In this document: positions 8,390-16,766 of the stretch, in pieces
How positions within the stretch are numbered: the first letter of the stretch is position 1
Layout: each line of letters begins with the position of its first letter
Assembly (NCBI GenBank): GCA_023459335.1
Contig: JAEWUO010000003.1
Span: 3,361 to 67,360, forward strand
Source of the DNA: Bacillota bacterium
Lineage (GTDB): Bacteria; Bacillota; Clostridia; Christensenellales; CAG-138
Length of the DNA stretch: 64,000 bases
Reading direction: 5' to 3'
Translations under genes and position numbers: made by a program
Notes under the pieces: generated by a model
What the model saw: only the letters and a program-made list of their open reading frames with translations
What the model was told of the DNA's origin: nothing
Database searches by the model: none

Positions 8390-8937
8390 CCTTTCCGGTT
8401 CAGGTCGATCCAGTAACGCTCCAGAGAAACACCGTCATCCGCGTAAACCACCGTTTTTTCATATTCGCCTCCGCAGGAGAGAATGGTTCTGCGGCTCGCT
8501 TCGTTTTCCACCAGGCAGGTGACAAGCACGCGGTCCAGCCCGAACGCTTTGCATACCGACAAGCAGTCCGCAAGCATACGTTTCGCGTACCCTTTTCTCC
8601 GTTCATTCGGATGTACGCTGTAGCCGATATGCCCGCCGTAATCCCGGAGGAAGTCGTTGAACTCGTGCCGGAATTGGATCATGCCGACGATCGCGCGGTC
8701 GCTTTCCCGCAGCAGTACGAACTGTTCGGAAGGCACCCAGTTTACCGGTGCGCTTTCCCTGTGTTCCGTATCACGGTTGAATTTCAGCCAATCTTGCGGG
8801 TCCTCCATCCGCCGGAGCGGGCCCGTGCCATCCAGGCTGTCCCCTGCCGCAAGAAACGCCGACCTGTAGGACGCGATCTGCTCCAGCATGGTTTCGTCCG
8901 GCTTGACCAGTATGCAGCTTTCTTTTTGATCGTTCAC
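8386..8937 (-). CDS. GNAT-family N-acetyltransferase (paralog 1)
   Basis: Has the acetyl-CoA motif ERRKGYAKRML and is roughly two-thirds identical by eye to the next gene. I place the start at GTG 8937 (GGGGGA RBS-like upstream), by alignment to the paralog N-terminus. The track ORF to 9162 runs through the intergenic region. Confidence 0.75.
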   Translation of the reverse strand: MNDQKESCILVKPDETMLEQIASYRSAFLAAGDSLDGTGPLRRMEDPQDWLKFNRDTEHRESAPVNWVPSEQFVLLRESDRAIVGMIQFRHEFNDFLRDYGGHIGYSVHPNERRKGYAKRMLADCLSVCKAFGLDRVLVTCLVENEASRRTILSCGGEYEKTVVYADDGVSLERYWIDLNRKG

Positions 8938-8990
8938 CCTTATCCCCCGGTAAAAATCATAATCGGTCTTACTTTCGGATAATGCCGCGC

Positions 8991-9533
8991 TTACGCGCAT
9001 GGAATCCAGTAGCGCTCCAGCGTCGCATCGTCCCGCTCGCAGTAAACGGTGCTCTCGTAGACCCCGCCGCAGGATAGGATCGTCTTTCTGCTCGCCTCGT
9101 TTTCCACGCGGCAGGTGACGAGCACGCGGTCCAGCCCGAACGCTTTGCATACCGGCAAGCAATCCGCAAGCATACGTTTCGCGTAACCCTTTCCGCGCTC
9201 CTGCGGATGCACACTGTAACCGATATTGCCGCCGTACTCGCGCAGAAAATCGTTGAATTCATGCCGGAAGGAGATCATTCCGACAATCTTTTGATCTGAT
9301 TTCCGCAGACAGACGAACTGGTCCGACGGCACCCTCCCCGCGGGTACGGTCTCACGCCGTTCCGAAATCCGGTTGTGATTCAGCCATTGCACAGGGTCGT
9401 CGATCTCATTCAGCAGGCCCGCGCCGTAAATCTTTTCCCCGGCGGCCAGAAACGCCGCTCGATATGCGGCAATCTGCTCCAGAAGTGTTTCATCGGGCTT
9501 TAAAAACACGCAATCGTCGATCCGTTCAGCCAT
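8991..9533 (-). CDS. GNAT-family N-acetyltransferase (paralog 2)
   Basis: 180 aa, ERGKGYAKRML motif, tandem paralog of 8386-8937. Confidence 0.85.
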   Translation of the reverse strand: MAERIDDCVFLKPDETLLEQIAAYRAAFLAAGEKIYGAGLLNEIDDPVQWLNHNRISERRETVPAGRVPSDQFVCLRKSDQKIVGMISFRHEFNDFLREYGGNIGYSVHPQERGKGYAKRMLADCLPVCKAFGLDRVLVTCRVENEASRKTILSCGGVYESTVYCERDDATLERYWIPCA

Positions 9534-10044
9534 GGTTATACCTCAGATAACTGGTTCCCAGAAACATCTGGCATTCGCCGCCGGTGAGTTCTGGAAAATG
9601 CGCGCGCACCTGCACCGGCAGGAGATTGATGTCCGGAACGTCGTTAACCGGTATCCACTCAACCGCCACCTGCGACTCGTCCGTTTCGGTCGGCGCGATT
9701 CGTTCGGTCGAAGCAAGGCGGCAGAGAAAGATATGCAGCATCTTATGCGCGTACTGCGGATATGTTTTTCGGATAAACGGGTCGAGACAGATCTCCTCCA
9801 TCAGCGCGGCGAAGCGAACCGGCTCGACGGAATAACCCGTCTCCTCCAGGCATTCGCGCTTGCAAGCGTCTTCCAGCGCCTCATACTGTTCCTGTCCGCC
9901 GCCGGGCAGGGAATAATATGTTCCGTTGTTCTCGTCGCGGCAGCGGTTGAGAAGCACCTTCCCCTCGTGAAGGATAACCGCCTTTGCCGTGCTGCGCACT
10001 CCGTAAGTTTTTTGTTCCATTTGATCCGGATTGTCCTTTATCAT
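9526..10044 (-). CDS. NUDIX hydrolase
   Basis: Nudix box GGGQEQYEALEDACKRECLEETG. 8-nt overlap with the downstream GNAT gene. Confidence 0.9.
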   Translation of the reverse strand: MIKDNPDQMEQKTYGVRSTAKAVILHEGKVLLNRCRDENNGTYYSLPGGGQEQYEALEDACKRECLEETGYSVEPVRFAALMEEICLDPFIRKTYPQYAHKMLHIFLCRLASTERIAPTETDESQVAVEWIPVNDVPDINLLPVQVRAHFPELTGGECQMFLGTSYLRYNHG

Positions 10045-10080
10045 TTTCTGCGTTATTTTTTATTATACTCAAACAGGGAC

Positions 10081-10110
10081 AAAAAAGAACCCTTTAACAG
10101 GTTCTTTTTG
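10081..10110. terminator. Hairpin terminator after the ABC-2 operon
   Basis: AAAAAAGAACC-ctttaaca-GGTTCTTTTT. T-runs on both strands, 12 nt past the permease stop. Confidence 0.65.
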
Positions 10111-10121
10111 TAATCTCTTGT

Positions 10122-11168
10122 TTATAATTTTCTGTATCGTTTCAGCACCAGTATGTTCAGCACGAAGAATAACAGTGTAAAGCCCAGCATGATCAAGAGA
10201 TCCGGCAAAACGTCCACGAAACCCGCCCCGCGCAGCATGACGTTTCGCAGGGCCTCCGCTCCGTACGTCAGAGGAAAGATTTTCGCAAGATACTGCAAAA
10301 AAAGCGGCGTTTCGCGCAGATTCAGAAGCCCGCAGAACATCATCTGTGGAATGATGACGATCGGGATAAACTGGAACAGCTGAAATTCATTTCTCGCAAA
10401 CGCCGAAAACAAGGTCCCCATGGCGAGCGATGCGCCCGCAATCGTGAGATTGATCAGCAGCACCAGCGAGAAATCGGTTCCCGTATGGATTTTCAGCGCA
10501 TAGACGAGGAACGACTGGATCACTACGGTCTGCATCGCGGCGAACAGGCCGAACCCGAGAAAGTACCCCGCGACCAGATGTCCGCGCCGCAGCGAGGAAA
10601 CCAAAATCCGATCCAGCGTACCGCTGATGCGCTCGCGTAAAAACGCGATGCCCGCGAGCAGAAACACCAGAAAAAAGATGATGAATCCCATCATGCTCGG
10701 CGCAAGAAAATCGAACTGATCGTAATCCGCGGAGCCGTAATACTGCTCGATGTCCGGCATTTTCGTCAGTCCGGCCGCCTGCGAGGCAAACTGCGGCGGC
10801 AGAGCGGCGAGGTTCTTCTCCTGCGCATACTGCGCGAACGCGCGTTTCGCCAGCGCGGAGAGCGAAGGATCGGATCCTTCCACGACATATGTGCCGCCGT
10901 CGATATAGCCGTCGCTCTCTCCGCTCCTGAGCCGGTCGACCGCCTTTGTTTTAGTGTCCAGCAGCGTAACGTCCGCGATCTCGGCCATCGCCTCGGAAGG
11001 TGTATAATCTTCGCCGACGATATCGATTTTCGCCTTCGTCACGCCGTTTCCAAGCAGCAGGTACAGCAGCGTCATGATCAGCATCGGAGCGATCAGCATG
11101 ACGACCAGCGTGCGCTTATCGCCCGCAATCTGCCGGATCAAACGCCCTGCGATGACGAATATCTTCAT
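10122..11168 (-). CDS. ABC-2 type transporter permease
   Basis: 348 aa. N-terminal TM, large extracytoplasmic loop, then 5 C-terminal TMs. 4-nt overlap with the ATPase gene. Confidence 0.85.
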   Translation of the reverse strand: MKIFVIAGRLIRQIAGDKRTLVVMLIAPMLIMTLLYLLLGNGVTKAKIDIVGEDYTPSEAMAEIADVTLLDTKTKAVDRLRSGESDGYIDGGTYVVEGSDPSLSALAKRAFAQYAQEKNLAALPPQFASQAAGLTKMPDIEQYYGSADYDQFDFLAPSMMGFIIFFLVFLLAGIAFLRERISGTLDRILVSSLRRGHLVAGYFLGFGLFAAMQTVVIQSFLVYALKIHTGTDFSLVLLINLTIAGASLAMGTLFSAFARNEFQLFQFIPIVIIPQMMFCGLLNLRETPLFLQYLAKIFPLTYGAEALRNVMLRGAGFVDVLPDLLIMLGFTLLFFVLNILVLKRYRKL

Positions 11169-11902
11169 GCAGCGCCGCCTTCTTTCGCGCTGCGTCTGGC
11201 CGATTCGATAAACGTTGCCTCCAGCGTACCCTGATTCGTTCTGCTCTTGAGTTCCCGCGGCGAGCCGTTTTCAATGATCGATCCCCCGCGGATCAGGACG
11301 AGACGGTCGCACTTTTCCGCTTCGTCCATCACGTGCGTGGTTACGATAATCGCGCGGCCCAGTTCCTTGAGCCGCCGGAACTCCGCCCAGAACAGTTCCC
11401 GCAGCAGCGGATCGATCCCTACGGTGGGTTCGTCCAGTACAAGGATCTGCGGATCTCCGATCAGCGCCGCCGTCAGGGAAAGCCGCCGCTTCATCCCGCC
11501 GGAATAATGGACGACTTTTTTGTTTTCATCCCGTTCGAGTTCGACGAGCCGCATGAGCGCGTGCGCCTGCTCCGCCGCCGCGCGCTTTTTCATTCCCTTA
11601 AGACACGCGTAAAAGATAAGATTCTGAATGCCGGTCAAGTCTTCATATAACGCGTCCTGCTGGGCCATATAGCCGATCCGGTCCATCATACGCAGATTCG
11701 GCATCGGTGTGCCGTCGATCGAAATCGAGCCGCCGTCAAGCGCGAGCGTACCCAGCAGGCAGCGCACCAGCGTCGTCTTTCCCGCGCCGGACGGACCGAG
11801 TAAGCCTAAGATTTCCCCTGTCTGCAGGGTCAGGTCCACACTGCGCAGCACTTCTTCTTTGCCGAATCGTTTGTCCACATCGTTTGCCGTTATGATTTGC
11901 AT
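11165..11902 (-). CDS. ABC transporter ATP-binding protein
   Basis: Walker A GPSGAGKTT, signature YSGGMKRRL, Walker B ILVLDEP. The start is ambiguous (ATG at 11902, 11914 or 11929). I chose MQIITANDV. Confidence 0.85.
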   Translation of the reverse strand: MQIITANDVDKRFGKEEVLRSVDLTLQTGEILGLLGPSGAGKTTLVRCLLGTLALDGGSISIDGTPMPNLRMMDRIGYMAQQDALYEDLTGIQNLIFYACLKGMKKRAAAEQAHALMRLVELERDENKKVVHYSGGMKRRLSLTAALIGDPQILVLDEPTVGIDPLLRELFWAEFRRLKELGRAIIVTTHVMDEAEKCDRLVLIRGGSIIENGSPRELKSRTNQGTLEATFIESARRSAKEGGAA

Positions 11903-12540
11903 GTGCCGTTCCATCCCTCCATTGTGCATGTTAAAAACCGTTCGACGTCTTTCTGTACGTTCGCGTGTTCGCCGCCGCCGAACATCGTATACGTTAAAAC
12001 GAATCCCATCAGTTCGAGCATGACGGTATGCGGATCCAGCGTCTCGCTCATCTCCCCGCGCGATTTTCCGTACGCGACTACGCGCGAAACATACTGCTCG
12101 ATCATCGGCAGTATGCCGGATTGCAATTGTTTTAGAAGAGGCGCGCGGTGGATCAGTTCCGGCAGCACGGATTTGATGAACCGCCCGTTGTCGCGGATCA
12201 TCTGAATCCTGTCGGTCAGAATTGCATTCAGGATCTCCCTTGCCGGCGCATCGGCGTATTCCTCCAGGATAATATCGATCGGTTTGCCGATCTTCGGCGT
12301 CAGTACGCGGATTAAAAGCGGAACCATGCGCTCCAGAATTGCGTTTTTATTGGGGAAATAGCGGAATATCGTTCCTTCCGCGATCCCTGCGCGTTCCGCG
12401 ATTTCCTTTGTCCGCGTCGCCTCAAACCCTTTTTCGGAAAAGGCGTTAATCGCCGCGTTGATGATGCGAACCTCTTTATCCGGCGACGTTTGGGTATAAT
12501 CCTTCAGGAACTCTTGTATGTCGTAGTTGTTTTCTTTCAA
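11890..12540 (-). CDS. TetR/AcrR-family transcriptional regulator
   Basis: HTH INAAINAFSEKGFEATRTKEIAERAGIAEGTIFRYF. The track ORF starts at GTG 12579, only 2 nt downstream of a TATAAT box. I therefore prefer TTG 12540 with a GGAAGGG RBS. Confidence 0.75.
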   Translation of the reverse strand: MKENNYDIQEFLKDYTQTSPDKEVRIINAAINAFSEKGFEATRTKEIAERAGIAEGTIFRYFPNKNAILERMVPLLIRVLTPKIGKPIDIILEEYADAPAREILNAILTDRIQMIRDNGRFIKSVLPELIHRAPLLKQLQSGILPMIEQYVSRVVAYGKSRGEMSETLDPHTVMLELMGFVLTYTMFGGGEHANVQKDVERFLTCTMEGWNGTCKS

Positions 12541-12564
12541 TCTTATCGCCCTTCCGGTTAAAAA

Positions 12565-12609
12565 TGAGTGACCACTCACTTATTATAGTGTTTTTCATTC
12601 TTCTGTCAA
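12565..12609 (-). promoter_or_regulatory. Promoter plus palindromic operator of the TetR-ABC operon
   Basis: Reverse strand reads TTGACA (12604-12609), a 16-nt spacer, then TATAAT (12582-12587). Immediately downstream is the inverted repeat TGAGTG-ac-CACTCA (12565-12578), placed where a TetR autoregulatory operator would sit. Confidence 0.55.
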
Positions 12610-12610
12610 A

Positions 12611-12634
12611 TAAAAAAAGAGGCGGAAGCCTCTT
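12611..12634 (-). terminator. Rho-independent terminator after the GT-C-like gene
   Basis: Reverse strand reads AAGAGGC-ttcc-GCCTCTT followed by TTTTTTT. Confidence 0.7.
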
Positions 12635-12683
12635 TTCGCAATATGGTATCGCCCCTATGCCCCGATTCGATCCGGCTTGCGCG

Positions 12684-14171
12684 TCAGTTGATATAGAACA
12701 GCACCGAAACGAACGCGAAGGCGCAAACCGCCGCGACCGCCAGCACATACAGGATGCGAGGAAACCGTTTTTCTTTTCCGCGGATATCGTCCAGCGCAAT
12801 CCCCAGATAGATCGCTCCGACGATGCAGGTCGGCACCATGTATCGATAATCCATCGTACAGCCGAACGGGTATTTCAGATTAAACAGGATAAAGAATACG
12901 ATCTGCAGCAGCCATAGCCCCGCAAGGGCAAACCGGTTGAGCGCGCTGATCCCCTTCCTTTTCAGCATGATATAGATCATGGCCGCCAGAGAAAACAGGA
13001 TGAGGATCAGGTTCGCGAGAATGAACAGCATTGCCAGCTTGTCATGCTGACTGAAATCATACTCGCCAAAGATGGAACACTTCAGCGTGTAGATCCAGAT
13101 TCGAAAATCATCGAACGGGCGGCAGAATTGCGGATTGAGGATCTCGCCGACGGGAAAAGATAAAAACCGGCTGACGAAAGACTTGTCGCCGACATAGAGT
13201 TCGCTCGACAATGCGTCGCTGACATAAGTGAGCGGCTGTCCGAATTTGATATAGTTCCGAATCGGGTACCATAAGCCAAGCGGCGCGCACACCCCGAGAA
13301 AAGCCCCAAACTGTCCGAATAATTTTCCGGCGTTCTTTTCCTTGATCCTTCGAATCAGAACGATCAGGAAAAACGGCGCCGTGAAGAACGCGACCGTCGC
13401 GGCGGAAACCTTCGTCATCATCCCCAGGCCGATTGCCGCCGCAAGCAGCAGGATATTTTTCATCGTTGGATTATGATACCAGCGAATCGTATACAGTACG
13501 GCGATCATATAGAAAAGCAGCATCATCGCGTCGTTGTTGATGCCGGAAGAGAGCAGGAAGAACGTCGGCTGAAACGCAAGGATCGCCAGCGTGATCGCGG
13601 TGGATCGTTTTGACAGCTCCATCTCCCTGCAGAGGCTTTGAATCACAAGAAGAAGAGAACAGGCAGCGAAACACGGTACGATTTTCGCCGACTCGAGCAG
13701 CGTCATCAGTTCTGTTTTCGGGCTCAATAAGGAGAACAGTTTTACGACGGCCGCTTCCAGAATATGCTGCAGCGGCGGATGATAAAACTGCAGCTGGTTG
13801 GTGTTCGGCAAAGCGCCGGTGGTGAGGATTGTATAGACGTAGTCCAGGTGTCCGAATTCGTTAAAGCCGAGTACGTCGTGCTGCCGGACCAGGAATGAAG
13901 TATAGAGCATGTAGTCGATGCGCATGACGAACCCTGCCAGGATGATCAGCGCGATCCTGATCTCCAGCCGGTCCCGCTTTTTTGCGAAGCCGGCGGCGGC
14001 GAACCCGACGGCAAGCATGGCGGCGCACCCCATCATCAGCATCTGCATCCGGCTTGTTTTCATCGGAACGATCAGCGTAAAGAAGGCAAAGGCGGCAGCA
14101 ATCAGAGCGATCGTCGCCGCATACGGCCAAAGGCCGCGGAAAATCACCGTTCCGCGCTCATTTTCTTTCAT
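12684..14171 (-). CDS. Polytopic membrane glycosyltransferase, GT-C fold (ArnT/PMT_2-like)
   Basis: 495 aa, more than 10 TMs. The first loop reads RQHDVLGFNEFGHLDYV...QFYHPPL, resembling family-39/83 lipid-carrier-dependent glycosyltransferases. Confidence 0.6.
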   Translation of the reverse strand: MKENERGTVIFRGLWPYAATIALIAAAFAFFTLIVPMKTSRMQMLMMGCAAMLAVGFAAAGFAKKRDRLEIRIALIILAGFVMRIDYMLYTSFLVRQHDVLGFNEFGHLDYVYTILTTGALPNTNQLQFYHPPLQHILEAAVVKLFSLLSPKTELMTLLESAKIVPCFAACSLLLVIQSLCREMELSKRSTAITLAILAFQPTFFLLSSGINNDAMMLLFYMIAVLYTIRWYHNPTMKNILLLAAAIGLGMMTKVSAATVAFFTAPFFLIVLIRRIKEKNAGKLFGQFGAFLGVCAPLGLWYPIRNYIKFGQPLTYVSDALSSELYVGDKSFVSRFLSFPVGEILNPQFCRPFDDFRIWIYTLKCSIFGEYDFSQHDKLAMLFILANLILILFSLAAMIYIMLKRKGISALNRFALAGLWLLQIVFFILFNLKYPFGCTMDYRYMVPTCIVGAIYLGIALDDIRGKEKRFPRILYVLAVAAVCAFAFVSVLFYIN

Positions 14172-14313
14172 AACACCCTCGCAAAACTCCCGATTTTATG
14201 AACGTGTTCCCTTGTTATGAACGTGCGAAGGAAGCAACCGTATTTTACAGGAACTATTATGTCAAACCCGCATGATATAAAGCAAGCGGGATTTCTGCCT
14301 CTCGTCGTTCCAG

Positions 14314-15903
14314 TCAGCTCACCGGCGCGATATCGAGGAACTTTACGTCCTTGTTCTTTTCCTCCATGCGTCTTAAAGCCCATTCGTTCTTATAGAGCAC
14401 CACGGGGCGCTGATACTGGTCCTCCAGATAGAGCGTGTCGGTATACGCAAGCATCGCTTTGTCAAAACGGTCCGTCACAATCCAGCGCGCGAGCTGATAC
14501 GGCAGCTTTCGGATGGCGATCTCGGCGTTGTATTCGTTTTTCAGCCGGTATTCGAGCACCTCGAACTGCAGCGCGCCCGCCACGCCGATGGTATACGTTT
14601 CGGTGCCGAGATCCGGCTGCTTGAATACCTGGATCGCGCCTTCCTCTGCGATCTGTTTGATCCCTTTGAGAAACTGCTTGCGCTTGCCGGAATCGACCGC
14701 GCGCACCTCCGCGAAGTGCTCGGAAGGAAACATGGGTATCCCCTCGAACCGGAACGAGAGCTTCCCGCCGCAGAGCGTGTCCCCGATTAAGAAACAGCCC
14801 GGGTCGAACACGCCGATGATATCGCCGGCGTACGCTTCCTCCACGCTGATTCGCTCCTGCGCGAGAAACTGCTGGGACTGCGCGAGGCGGATCGGCTTAT
14901 TTGTGCGCTGATGCACGACCTCCATGCCCTTCTCGAACTTTCCGGAACAAATGCGAAGAAACGCGATACGGTCGCGGTGCGCGGGGTCCATGTTCGCCTG
15001 AATCTTGAAAATGAATCCCGAAAAATCCGGATCGTCGGGCTCGACGCGCCCTTCGCTGTGCTGCTTTGCGGAGGGCGAAGGGGCCATTTCTATGAACGCC
15101 TCTAAAAACGGGCGCACGCCGAAGTTCGTGATCGCGCTGCCGAAGAACATGGGCGTCAGCTCTCCCGCACGAACCTTATCCATATCCAGCTCGTCGCCCG
15201 CGATTTCGAGCAGCTCGATTTCCTCAAGCAGCTTATCGTAGAGATGATCGCCCAATACCGCGCGAAAACGCGGATCGTTCCACTCGCCGGAGTCGGACAC
15301 CGTCAATTCCTGGCCGTGACTTCCGCCTTCGAAAAGTTCGATTCGTTTCGTCCTGCGGTCATAAACGCCTCGGAAGTCCCCGTCCACGCCGATCGGCCAG
15401 TTCATGGGGTAGGAACGGATGCCGAGCACGGACTCGATCTCCTCCATGAGCGAGAGCGGATTCTTGCAGAAGCGGTCGAGCTTGTTGACGAAGGTGAAGA
15501 TCGGCACGCCGAACATCCGGCAGACGTGAAAAAGCTTTTTCGTCTGTTCCTCCACGCCCTTCGCGCCGTCGATGAGCATGACCGCGCTGTCCGCGGCGGT
15601 CAGCGTGCGGTAGGTGTCCTCGCTGAAATCCTGATGCCCCGGCGTGTCGAGAATGTTGATGCGGTATCCCTCGTAGTCGAAGTTGAGTACGCTGGACGTG
15701 ACCGAAATGCCTCTCTGCTTCTCAATCTCCATCCAGTCGGATACGGCGAATTTACTCGCTTTCCGTCCCTTGACCGTCCCGGCAAGACGTATGGCTCCTC
15801 CGAAGAGCAGCAGCTTTTCGGTCAGCGTGGTCTTGCCCGCGTCAGGATGCGAGATGATCGCGAACGTTTTTCTTCTGTTGACTTCTCTTGCGATGGTTTC
15901 CAT
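14314..15903 (-). CDS. prfC: Peptide chain release factor 3
   Basis: 529 aa. GTPase motifs AGKTTLTEK, DTPGHQDF, NKLDR, with RF3-typical full-length similarity. Confidence 0.95.
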   Translation of the reverse strand: METIAREVNRRKTFAIISHPDAGKTTLTEKLLLFGGAIRLAGTVKGRKASKFAVSDWMEIEKQRGISVTSSVLNFDYEGYRINILDTPGHQDFSEDTYRTLTAADSAVMLIDGAKGVEEQTKKLFHVCRMFGVPIFTFVNKLDRFCKNPLSLMEEIESVLGIRSYPMNWPIGVDGDFRGVYDRRTKRIELFEGGSHGQELTVSDSGEWNDPRFRAVLGDHLYDKLLEEIELLEIAGDELDMDKVRAGELTPMFFGSAITNFGVRPFLEAFIEMAPSPSAKQHSEGRVEPDDPDFSGFIFKIQANMDPAHRDRIAFLRICSGKFEKGMEVVHQRTNKPIRLAQSQQFLAQERISVEEAYAGDIIGVFDPGCFLIGDTLCGGKLSFRFEGIPMFPSEHFAEVRAVDSGKRKQFLKGIKQIAEEGAIQVFKQPDLGTETYTIGVAGALQFEVLEYRLKNEYNAEIAIRKLPYQLARWIVTDRFDKAMLAYTDTLYLEDQYQRPVVLYKNEWALRRMEEKNKDVKFLDIAPVS

Positions 15904-15963
15904 CGTATCAATCCTTATCGTTATTTTGCGGGCGTCGTCCGATCAATGATTCAGGCGATCCAT

Positions 15964-15994
15964 AAAAAAGAACCCCGCCTTATACAAGACGGGG
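15964..15994 (-). terminator. Rho-independent terminator downstream of tRNA-Ala
   Basis: Reverse strand reads CCCCGTCTT-gtat-AAGGCGGGG followed by TTCTTTTTT. Confidence 0.75.
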
Positions 15995-16006
15995 GTCTTA
16001 CTTGCC

Positions 16007-16082
16007 TGGTGGAGCATGGGGGATTCGAACCCCCGACCTCAACATTGCGAACGTTGCGCGCTACCAACTGTGCTAATGCCCC
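16007..16082 (-). tRNA. tRNA-Ala (anticodon CGC)
   Basis: 76-nt cloverleaf folded by hand: GGGGCAT acceptor with a G3:U70 pair, anticodon loop TTCGCAA, T-arm GGGGG-TTCGAAT-CCCCC, encoded CCA. Confidence 0.9.
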
Positions 16083-16208
16083 AAGCCGCTTGATTATGAT
16101 ACAACAAGGAATATCAAAAAGCAAGTGCTTTTCGGCAAATTTCTGATGTGGCTTTATCGTTCTGTTTGACAGACATTCAGCGGCAAAACGCACCGAATTC
16201 CATATGGA

Positions 16209-16745
16209 TTACTGTTTATCAGGCTCCTGTTTTTCCTCCTGCGGCGCCGGCTGTACGGCGGGTTCCGGCTGCGGCGGCGTGTCCTGCTTTTTCTTTGCGG
16301 AGGACGCCGCATACTGCGAAAGATCGGCCGGGGATTGCGGCGCGGGTTCGGCGGCGGGTTTCTTTTCGCTGCGCTTGAACAGGGCCGCGAGCAGATAAAG
16401 AAACGGCAGAGCCATCGCCGCGATATATTTCCAGTAAATCCTGAGCGGTTCGCTCGTAAGCAGACTGATCACCAGCGGCACCGCCGCGATGGCGAGCAGG
16501 ATCAGACCGAGGATGCGGCAGCGTTTCAGGTTTTTGCTCACCAGTCCGAAGATGCCCGCAAGGAAACCGAGCGCGCCGCCGATGATCAGAAACACCGCGT
16601 CCATCGCGGTTGAAAACGTAACGCTGCCGTTCGCTTTTGAAATCATGTAGATCGCAAAAGCGATCATGCCAAGCCCCAGAACGAGATAGATCCAGCTCAT
16701 CACGAGCAGGAACGAAGCCGCGCGGGGTTTTTTCTGCTGTTCCAT
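16209..16745 (-). CDS. Hypothetical membrane protein with Pro/Glu/Gln-rich C-terminal tail
   Basis: 178 aa, four predicted TMs, then KKPAAEPAPQSPADL...PPQPEPAVQPAPQEEKQEPDKQ. Confidence 0.6.
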   Translation of the reverse strand: MEQQKKPRAASFLLVMSWIYLVLGLGMIAFAIYMISKANGSVTFSTAMDAVFLIIGGALGFLAGIFGLVSKNLKRCRILGLILLAIAAVPLVISLLTSEPLRIYWKYIAAMALPFLYLLAALFKRSEKKPAAEPAPQSPADLSQYAASSAKKKQDTPPQPEPAVQPAPQEEKQEPDKQ

Positions 16746-16766
16746 ACTGGTTCCCCTTTCAGTCTG

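Noticed and set aside
8938-9162. N-terminal extension of ORF 8386-9162 (258 aa)
   Set aside because: The extension crosses the GNAT-GNAT intergenic spacer and overlaps the 3' end of the upstream paralog in another frame. Alignment with the paralog places the real N-terminus at about 8937.
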